The notes under the pieces are model-generated. The model did no database searches, was not told the DNA's origin, and saw only the letters and a program-made list of their open reading frames with translations. Shown piece by piece: positions 57,718-64,000 of a stretch of DNA of 64,000 nucleotides. The stretch comes from Candidatus Omnitrophota bacterium (GTDB taxonomy: Bacteria > Omnitrophota > Gorgyraeia > Zapsychrales > Fredricksoniimonadaceae): NCBI GenBank assembly GCA_903944345.1, contig CAJARJ010000002.1, positions 65,969 through 129,968 on the forward strand, read 5' to 3'. The first letter of the stretch is position 1. Each line of letters begins with the position of its first letter. The position numbers were made by a program, and so were the translations under genes.

Positions 57718-59312
57718 AATATGGGTCTTGGCAGGTCAATGCAGGGGAAAGAATCCTTGCTTTGGATGGATGCAACTGCTGGAAGGAAACAGTCAATGTC
57801 GATTTTACCGTCGATATTGACCTTTATTGAAGTATTCAGAAGCTGAAGCACAGCTTTTTTCTGCTGATATGTAAACTGCTTCATTCCCTCTTTGATTTTC
57901 TTGACATAATCAATCGCATTCTTTATCTCTTCTCTCTTATCTTCCTTATTCAATGACAATGTCAAGTCCTGCTTTGTTCTCTCAAGCGTCTCCCGATTCT
58001 TTCTTAATGAATCCATCTGCTCTCTTAACTGCTCAATTGTAATAATAGACTGCCTGTACGCTTCAAGAATCCTATGCTCTTCTTTATCCAAGCTGTCGAG
58101 AAGCATCGAAATCCTTGAAAGCTCTTTTTCAGCAGCTTCCCTGCCAAGTTTCTCGACATCCGGTTTGTTCCTAACAGCATGCTCAATCAAATCCGGGTTC
58201 TGAAATATCTTTACAACTTCGTTCCAGACTGAATCTTCAAGCTTTCTTGCCTGAACATATCTGAGCTTGCACTTCACAACCTTATCAAACCTGTTTTTTA
58301 CAAAGTGCGTGCACCGATAATACAGCATAAAATACGGGCCATACTTCTTGCCTTTCTTTACCGTCACCTGCTTATCTGCTGTCCCCGCAACAGTATTTCC
58401 GCAATCCCCGCATTTCACCATGCCTTGAAGAAGATAATCGTATTTTGCGTTTCGCTCTGAATAATTCCTCCTGTTTAAAAGAAGTTCCTGTGCGCGATAA
58501 AACTCTTCGTCAGAAACAATCCTCGGAACATCAACCAGAATCCAGTCCTTTGAGGGCTTAAGCCCTCCTGTCTTTGAGTCATGCTTATTCGCGTGCCATT
58601 TCCCAATATAGATTGAATCACGGAGAATGTCATGAACCGCATCCTCTCTCATCTCATGACCTTCTTTTGTCCTATAGCCAAGCTCTCTTAATTTTCTTGT
58701 GACCTTAAGGATTGAGAAATCAGGCTGGTTATAAAACTCAAAAGCTAACCTAACAACCTCTGCTTCTTTCTCATCAACAGTAATTTTCTTTGTCGCCTTA
58801 TCATATGAATACCCAAATCTTGCATTAGCAGAACCTGAATAATACCCTTCCTTCGCTCTCCTTAATTTCCCAAGCTTTGACCGTTCCATAAAAGTATTCC
58901 GCTCAAGTTCAGCAATCGAACCGAACAGCGATAGAACGAAATTTCCAAGATAAGTCGAGGTATCAAATGGCTCAGTGATTGAACGGATGCTGACGCTTGA
59001 TTTCTTTAGCTCATCGACTGTGTTTAGAAGATGCTTGTTGTTTCTGAAGAATCGGTCAACTCTGTAGACAAGGACAAGCTGAAACCTTCCTTCTCTTGAA
59101 TCTTCCATCAGTCTTTGAAACTGTGGTCTTTCAAAGCTCGTGCCTGAATAGCCGTCATCAATGTATTCGCCAAATACATCATACTTATTGTCTGCCGCAT
59201 GTTTTCTTAATAGCTCCATCTGGGAGGCAAGCGAGAAATTCGAAGTCTGCTCCTCTGTAGAGACACGGGCGTATAAAGCAACTTTTGTGATTTCCTTGTT
59301 CTCAGTCATCAC
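57549..59312 (-). CDS. large serine recombinase (integrase); annotated 3' end runs into host comEC sequence
   Basis: N-terminal resolvase catalytic domain (VALYARVSTEEQ...S..QMELL), recombinase domain, zinc ribbon (CGDCGN...C) and C-terminal coiled coil. The last ~60 codons are GC-rich host sequence. Confidence 0.85.
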   Translation of the reverse strand: MMTENKEITKVALYARVSTEEQTSNFSLASQMELLRKHAADNKYDVFGEYIDDGYSGTSFERPQFQRLMEDSREGRFQLVLVYRVDRFFRNNKHLLNTVDELKKSSVSIRSITEPFDTSTYLGNFVLSLFGSIAELERNTFMERSKLGKLRRAKEGYYSGSANARFGYSYDKATKKITVDEKEAEVVRLAFEFYNQPDFSILKVTRKLRELGYRTKEGHEMREDAVHDILRDSIYIGKWHANKHDSKTGGLKPSKDWILVDVPRIVSDEEFYRAQELLLNRRNYSERNAKYDYLLQGMVKCGDCGNTVAGTADKQVTVKKGKKYGPYFMLYYRCTHFVKNRFDKVVKCKLRYVQARKLEDSVWNEVVKIFQNPDLIEHAVRNKPDVEKLGREAAEKELSRISMLLDSLDKEEHRILEAYRQSIITIEQLREQMDSLRKNRETLERTKQDLTLSLNKEDKREEIKNAIDYVKKIKEGMKQFTYQQKKAVLQLLNTSIKVNIDGKIDIDCFLPAVASIQSKDSFPCIDLPRPILWPSVGSILRCWFRYLSCFWVRSGLAAGQVLFCLCCWPGFTHLWLEENRRWYALRG

Positions 59313-59524
59313 TGCCTGCCTGTTAGTTTTTTAAGCTTCTTTAAGTCTTCTTCTGTCCAATACCGATAATTATTCATCGGGTCACGCTTTGCTTTAGGCA
59401 CTTTTCCGGCATTCTCCCAGTTGTAATACGTCCACCGGGTTATGCAAAGCTCGCGCTCAATGTCTTCAATATAGTATCGTTCTTCCATACCGTATACTTT
59501 ACTATAGTTTGTAATAGTAGTCAA
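59309..59524 (-). CDS. small MerR/excisionase-family HTH protein (candidate recombination directionality factor)
   Basis: 71 aa; a central helix-turn-helix is plausible (ELCITRWTYYNWENAGKVPKAKRD); overlaps the recombinase start by 4 nt. Confidence 0.45.
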   Translation of the reverse strand: MTTITNYSKVYGMEERYYIEDIERELCITRWTYYNWENAGKVPKAKRDPMNNYRYWTEEDLKKLKKLTGRQ

Positions 59525-59532
59525 TCCATAGA

Positions 59533-59862
59533 TTACCCCCTGCCTTCATTCTTCTCTGATAACTCAATTGCATACAGAACAACCTTCACTATATCCTTTA
59601 GTAATGCCGGATTGTCCGACGTATGAACTTTCAAATTAGGTCTTAGAATCTGTTTTCTAGTCGGAAGAATAGCGATGACCTCCTTTAATATTTCTTCCCT
59701 GTCCTTGTCAGAAAAATATTTTGAGTCAGCCCATTCATCAAACAGCGACAGCAAGTCTCTATCCGGGAATTTACTTTCGTAATCCCGGAACTTTTCTGCC
59801 TGTTCTCTGATAAAGGCTTTGGATGCCATATTGGCAGTCTCCATAATCAAAACTTCGTCCAC
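59533..59862 (-). CDS. hypothetical protein (element cargo)
   Basis: 109-aa ORF in the AT-rich element, tightly packed with its neighbours; no recognisable motif. Confidence 0.4.
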   Translation of the reverse strand: MDEVLIMETANMASKAFIREQAEKFRDYESKFPDRDLLSLFDEWADSKYFSDKDREEILKEVIAILPTRKQILRPNLKVHTSDNPALLKDIVKVVLYAIELSEKNEGRG

Positions 59863-60488
59863 AGGTTCTTGTATTTTCTAAGCGAAAGAATGTAATTCTT
59901 GATGACGTTCTTCCCATTCCTTATTAGCTCGACTCTTGAAATGTATTCAAAGGAATGAGGAGCATATTTCCTTAACGCTTCGGTAAAATCAGCGAAAACT
60001 TCCTCACACTGTTCATAGTTGCGCTCGTTCCAACACTCGTTCATCACGTTATCAACGTAGTTGTTCAGCATTTCCCTTTTCCATGCTTCAGAGATTGCAG
60101 AAAGAACACTGCCAAGCCCGCCCTCAGTGCCGGATGTTGCACGAAACAAAGCCTCGTCAAAATCCAAAATCTGCTTTAAAAGCCGTTTTGCTTCTCCAAG
60201 GGCAAAATTATTGCCGGGGTCAAAACCATGAAACATTCTCATGTAGTAAAACCGCATGAAGTCAGCAAGAACGCTCTCAAACTCTTCGCTGGAATAGACG
60301 ACTGAACTTTTTAGCTGATACGCGCCCCGGACAGTGTCATGTGGCACTTCGATTTCTCTTACCAATCGTGCGGGGTGAAGCCTCTCAAGCATTCGTGCAA
60401 ATCTTCCGGGCATAAATTCCTCCTTGTTAAATCTGGTCAAAAATTTTCTTTTGCGGTTGAACTTTCTCAGCCTTCTTTTCGACGCCAT
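59847..60488 (-). CDS. hypothetical protein with highly basic N-terminus (element cargo)
   Basis: 213 aa; starts KRRLRKFNRKRKFLTRF then an acidic/aromatic globular region; no known motif. Confidence 0.4.
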   Translation of the reverse strand: MASKRRLRKFNRKRKFLTRFNKEEFMPGRFARMLERLHPARLVREIEVPHDTVRGAYQLKSSVVYSSEEFESVLADFMRFYYMRMFHGFDPGNNFALGEAKRLLKQILDFDEALFRATSGTEGGLGSVLSAISEAWKREMLNNYVDNVMNECWNERNYEQCEEVFADFTEALRKYAPHSFEYISRVELIRNGKNVIKNYILSLRKYKNLWTKF

Positions 60489-62733
60489 GTTTCATGTAAT
60501 ACTTTTCAAAGCACATTGCCTTAATTTGCTCAGACAAGTCTTCTCTGTCAGAGCCAGGCCTTGGAGTGTTGATTTTCACAACCTCGTTATCACGGCAGAC
60601 AAATGCTGTGAACGGTTTTAGTTTCGTAAACTCTTCCGGCGGGATTCTTGTCGATTTTGAGATTTCCTCCGCATCTTCCCGGCGGAGCTTGAAATAAATC
60701 TGAGTGCCTGCAATCGCAAGAACATCCCTTGTCTTGCCCTCGACCTGACTCAAATATTGATGCGCAAAAATTACAGAAAGTTGATACTTAGATAATGCCG
60801 ATACCTGAATATCTAAGTCACCCGGCCCCATATAAAATTCGTCTTTTATCAGGGTGAACGGTTTTCTCTCGTGGAATGGAATGTTCGCTCGCTGAATTAT
60901 GAGATTGTTTACAAACGAATCGAACAAGCCCGCGAGAAGCGATGCTCTTTGTTTTCCGATTGAGCCGCAGGAAAGATTGACGAGACAAAGCTTGCCATTC
61001 TCCATTATGTCCTTAAGAGAAATCTTGTTTTTATCGTCTTCAAGTGTAAAGAATCTTAGACTGCCCTCATCGAGCAAGAGATGACTAAGCCTGCTTAAAA
61101 CAGGAGCCATCGAGTCATAATTTGAATACTGGATTTCATCGAGAAAATTAATGACAATCGGATGGGTTATTTTTGATTTAATTTTTTCACGGATTACTTT
61201 TCCCTTTGCGCTTTTTGAAAGAAGAAGTCTTAAATCAGCGAAATTGATTTCCGGAACGCTCGCATAAATATAAAACACGCACGAAAAGCCGAACGCCATC
61301 TTTGGCCCAAACCAAGCCTGACTATTCTTTGTGCTGGTGATTGTTTCCATGCTTGCGCTCATGTCATCACTGAACTTTCCAGCTCCGACAAGAGAAGCAT
61401 TAAGATTTTCTCTAATGGTCAACAACGGGGTCAGACCTTTTATCCCAAAATCAATGAAAACAACCTTACTAATTAAATGAACAGGGATGCGCGACATAAT
61501 GCCCGAATTCAAATCACCTTGAAAATCAACGACCATGACTGACTCGCCATTCTCAACTTTCTTAATAGCCAAATCAGCCAGTAAGACTGACTTTCCTGCA
61601 CGGGGCGCACCCATGATATGGATGTGCGGATTGAATCGCTGGACTGGTGAAAAGACACCAACCCCCTGCCCGCAAGCCCATGTCCCAAGTAGCACGTCAG
61701 ACTTTTCTGCTGTCTTCTTTGGATAATCTCCGGCAGGAACTCTTAAAAAAATATCATCAAACTCCTTATCTCCCATGATACCGACAGGCATATGAAGAAT
61801 GCCAGCAAGCTCATGCGAATTGACAAGAAAGCCAGAATGAAATGACACGCGGTCATTTGCCATCTGCAATATTGCTTCCGGGGTGAAATCTTTTCTAATC
61901 AGGAAAGCTTTATCGTCGTAAACGTAATTCGCTATGAAGGCATTAATAGATGCTTCGCATGTTATGTCAGGGAGTAGAAGGCGAAAACTGCACGAGTAAT
62001 ACGACCTGAATTCCGGGCTTTTGTATTCAAGCTTTTTGTTTACCGACCCTGCCTGTTCGCTGGGACTTGTCACGCGGTCAATCCCGTGAATTGCCTTCCA
62101 TTCAGTATCAACGCATTCTGAAACTATGGCATGTACTGCTCCTGAAAGTCCCATGATTAGAACCTGGTAGATTCCCTTCTTATCCTCAGGAATTTGAAGG
62201 AACATCTGAGCAAGAAGATTAAGAGGACTTACGATAAAACCGCGATATGAGCTCATGTTTTTATAGAACGGGGCTGAAATATCAGGGACAAAGTCATAGA
62301 CGACAAGACTCCCTTCATTCTTTTCCGGTTCAACAATCTCCGTATGAACATGTGAAAAGAAAGTCTTTACTGCTGCATCAACAATCCGGATATCCGACTC
62401 CTCACCATAAAAACTGATAAGGATTTCTTTGCAGTTGCCCCTAATTTCAAAGACAATTTGCGAAGCTGTATTGTGTAGACTTTCAGCAAATTGTTCCGAG
62501 AGCAGGAAGAAATTCTCAACATCTGCTTTCGCAGGATAGACATTCAGCGTCTTTGGATTCTTGTATGAGAATTCAGTTACAGGAGAAAGAAGCCTCGGCG
62601 TCAGATTAACTGGCTTATCTGAAACCTCGTGCGTGCAGGCATTCATGTTATTGTTCTGAAGCTCACACAAAGACATCTTCTTCAGCGATTCTTCGACGAA
62701 GTATTTAAGAAAATGCGAACAAGGAACTGACAT
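60427..62733 (-). CDS. P-loop NTPase of the FtsK/TraD(VirD4)/HerA-DUF87 type with a ~370-aa unique N-terminal region
   Basis: Walker A IMGAPRAGKS near residue 385 and Walker B-like TLIKDEFY near residue 640. No N-terminal TM segments. Confidence 0.65.
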   Translation of the reverse strand: MSVPCSHFLKYFVEESLKKMSLCELQNNNMNACTHEVSDKPVNLTPRLLSPVTEFSYKNPKTLNVYPAKADVENFFLLSEQFAESLHNTASQIVFEIRGNCKEILISFYGEESDIRIVDAAVKTFFSHVHTEIVEPEKNEGSLVVYDFVPDISAPFYKNMSSYRGFIVSPLNLLAQMFLQIPEDKKGIYQVLIMGLSGAVHAIVSECVDTEWKAIHGIDRVTSPSEQAGSVNKKLEYKSPEFRSYYSCSFRLLLPDITCEASINAFIANYVYDDKAFLIRKDFTPEAILQMANDRVSFHSGFLVNSHELAGILHMPVGIMGDKEFDDIFLRVPAGDYPKKTAEKSDVLLGTWACGQGVGVFSPVQRFNPHIHIMGAPRAGKSVLLADLAIKKVENGESVMVVDFQGDLNSGIMSRIPVHLISKVVFIDFGIKGLTPLLTIRENLNASLVGAGKFSDDMSASMETITSTKNSQAWFGPKMAFGFSCVFYIYASVPEINFADLRLLLSKSAKGKVIREKIKSKITHPIVINFLDEIQYSNYDSMAPVLSRLSHLLLDEGSLRFFTLEDDKNKISLKDIMENGKLCLVNLSCGSIGKQRASLLAGLFDSFVNNLIIQRANIPFHERKPFTLIKDEFYMGPGDLDIQVSALSKYQLSVIFAHQYLSQVEGKTRDVLAIAGTQIYFKLRREDAEEISKSTRIPPEEFTKLKPFTAFVCRDNEVVKINTPRPGSDREDLSEQIKAMCFEKYYMKHGVEKKAEKVQPQKKIFDQI

Positions 62734-62742
62734 AACCTTCTC

Positions 62743-63516
62743 CTATATGATTGCTTTCCCCGTTTCACCCGCACCCGGCACAGACCAGATGTTTGCCTTT
62801 ATTCCCGATTGAATCAGTTGCGGCATGGTGGTTATCCAGATGAACCCATCCCTGTCTACCGACGATATAATTCTGGATATGGATTTAAGCCTAGCTGTGT
62901 TGTTTGCAATGAAGAGAACTCTAAAACGGGTAAAGTTACAGCTGAACCATTCTTCATATTCTTTCGTCTCGTTCTCCTGAAACATCGAGACGTATTTGAG
63001 AAATTTTTTCTCAATATCCTCGTTATAGGAAGGGGCGGGCGAAGATATAATTTCCGTTCCTGAACAAATTTCCAGAAGGAATAATGCATGCTTGTTGTTC
63101 CGCTTTAGAACAAAAACGCCGTCCGGAATTATCTTGAGTTGATATCTCTCTCTCAAAATATGTTCCGGCATCACCTCGCATTCAACATCACCGCCTTTAA
63201 ACTGGCTATAGATATCGACGAGAGTCTTAATGTTTTCCTGCTGGTGCCCAAGCTTTAAGGATATGCGGGGCTTTGAGTACCGGACGCCAAAAGACTTGGC
63301 GCAATCTTCAGTGAGGTAAAATAGATGCGCCGACTTCCCCACGTTGACACTCGGCAACATGACAAAAGACAATAGACCGCCGCTGACAAGCTTTCTCATA
63401 CGACGCTGAACTGCCTTGATGTGCATACCAAACAACTCAGATATATGCCCGGAAGAAAGGCAATGAAACCTCGCTATGAAACTTAATATTTGTTTGTCCC
63501 GTTCCTGTAGCCTCAT
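62743..63516 (-). CDS. replication-relaxation (Replic_Relax) family wHTH protein
   Basis: N-terminal LQERDKQILSFIARFHCLSSGHISELFG...AVQRRMRKLVSGGLL matches the Replic_Relax wHTH pattern; 257 aa. Confidence 0.6.
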   Translation of the reverse strand: MRLQERDKQILSFIARFHCLSSGHISELFGMHIKAVQRRMRKLVSGGLLSFVMLPSVNVGKSAHLFYLTEDCAKSFGVRYSKPRISLKLGHQQENIKTLVDIYSQFKGGDVECEVMPEHILRERYQLKIIPDGVFVLKRNNKHALFLLEICSGTEIISSPAPSYNEDIEKKFLKYVSMFQENETKEYEEWFSCNFTRFRVLFIANNTARLKSISRIISSVDRDGFIWITTMPQLIQSGIKANIWSVPGAGETGKAII

Positions 63517-63530
63517 TGCCCTTCCTTTCC

Positions 63531-63779
63531 TTAGAATTGTTCTTCGTCCAACGACAGTTTGAATGGCTCAAAAACAAAAACTCCACCAATCCCGCCACAA
63601 CACATGCATTTAATTGCAGTAGGTTTCTGCACCCACTGCTCCCCGCCAAAAATGTCAGCCTTTATTTCTACCCCCATATGCACCTGCCATCCGGAACCAT
63701 TGCAAATCGAACATCTTTTCCACTTATGCATAAACGCCTCCTTAGAAAACGATTCGTTCTTTTCCTGTGTCACAATCAA
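63531..63779 (-). CDS. small CxxCxGxG zinc-finger protein (paralog A)
   Basis: 82 aa with CSICNGSGW and CMCCGGIGG, a DnaJ-type CxxCxGxG pair. Confidence 0.4.
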   Translation of the reverse strand: MIVTQEKNESFSKEAFMHKWKRCSICNGSGWQVHMGVEIKADIFGGEQWVQKPTAIKCMCCGGIGGVFVFEPFKLSLDEEQF

Positions 63780-63999
63780 CTTTCACAATCTGCCATCCCC
63801 TGCCATGACAAACACTGCATGGACGAACATGAGGCGTTCCACAAAATTCATTCGATGAATATGACCTTCTTGATACTCCGCTTACTTCAAAGCCCTTGCC
63901 GTTACAGCAATAACAGTCACGTTTCTCGTCGTATTCGAACATAAATTGCCTCCATTTTCTTGAATCGGTTAATTTGATTTTTTCCCTCTTACGCATCAA
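63742..63999 (-). CDS. small CxxCxGxG zinc-finger protein (paralog B)
   Basis: 85 aa with CYCCNGKGF and CSVCHGRGW. Overlaps paralog A by 38 nt in a different frame; start lies at the window edge. Confidence 0.35.
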   Translation of the reverse strand: MMRKREKIKLTDSRKWRQFMFEYDEKRDCYCCNGKGFEVSGVSRRSYSSNEFCGTPHVRPCSVCHGRGWQIVKVDCDTGKERIVF

Positions 64000-64000
64000 C

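Larger units (their letters stand above)
57730..64000. mobile_element. integrated mobile element (serine-recombinase type, plasmid/ICE-like cargo); left boundary ~57720-57760, right end beyond window
   Basis: Abrupt shift from ~58% to ~40% GC. Terminal large serine recombinase oriented toward the junction. Cargo is a Replic_Relax protein, a FtsK/TraD/HerA-like ATPase and an Xis-like HTH protein. Confidence 0.6.

Noticed and set aside
57549-57730. C-terminal ~60 codons of the serine recombinase ORF (…SKDSFPCIDLPRPILWPSVGSILRCWFRYLS…)
   Set aside because: This part is GC-rich host comEC sequence read in another frame. It is most likely a read-through artefact of the integration junction, not a genuine recombinase domain, and the true stop is uncertain.
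1-64000. tRNA/rRNA/ncRNA genes
   Set aside because: All intergenic gaps of 40-440 bp were read by eye. None shows a cloverleaf-compatible tRNA arrangement or rRNA-like conservation. No RNA genes could be supported without a covariance-model search.

Overview
This 64-kb window is a gene-dense chromosomal segment from a diderm bacterium, about 55-60% GC, with nearly all genes on the minus strand.

The diderm call rests on an LptE-like lipoprotein, a BamD-like TPR lipoprotein, a secretin and MurJ.

Recognisable content, in order along the window:
- an ABC importer ATPase (5' fragment), accD, and a DUF1015 protein;
- an FmdB zinc-ribbon gene and the hrcA-grpE-dnaK-dnaJ operon;
- a second heat-shock unit: HspR-like MerR regulator, two Hsp20 genes and a ClpB that lacks its N-domain;
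- hflX, miaA and a SPOR-domain protein;
- a complete co-linear type II secretion operon, gspC-D-E-F-G-H-I-J-K-L-M;
- a family-4 UDG, a GldA/F/G-like ABC-2 transporter, secA, prfB, ychF and ogt;
- a short UvrC/Cho-like nuclease, murJ, rpsT, a holA-like gene, lptE and a bamD-like TPR gene.

The most unusual feature is a family of four paralogous large or giant secreted proteins (2017, 1426, 1331 and 714 aa).
- All four share a Sec leader ending AQ[AS], an N-terminal domain of about 380 aa that I could not assign to any named family, and a C-terminal tail of about 60 aa carrying GGID[LI] ... [DR]GF-P-I--I-P.
- The region between N-domain and tail is variable and carries carbohydrate-enzyme-like motifs: SIS/PGI-like, HAD DxDxT, and GT-B/phosphorylase-like.
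- The largest member is preceded by a 440-bp AT-rich region with two 43-bp direct repeats built from short palindromes.

At the 3' end of the window the composition drops to about 40% GC.
- A large serine recombinase gene abuts, and reads into, a ComEC competence-domain ORF.
- This is consistent with an integrated element inserted in comEC.
- Its cargo includes a MerR/Xis-like HTH protein, a FtsK/TraD/HerA-like P-loop ATPase with a unique N-terminal region, a Replic_Relax protein and two small CxxCxGxG zinc-finger paralogs.
- The element continues past the window edge.

No rRNA, tRNA or CRISPR was detected. Coordinates of short motifs may be off by 1-2 nt.
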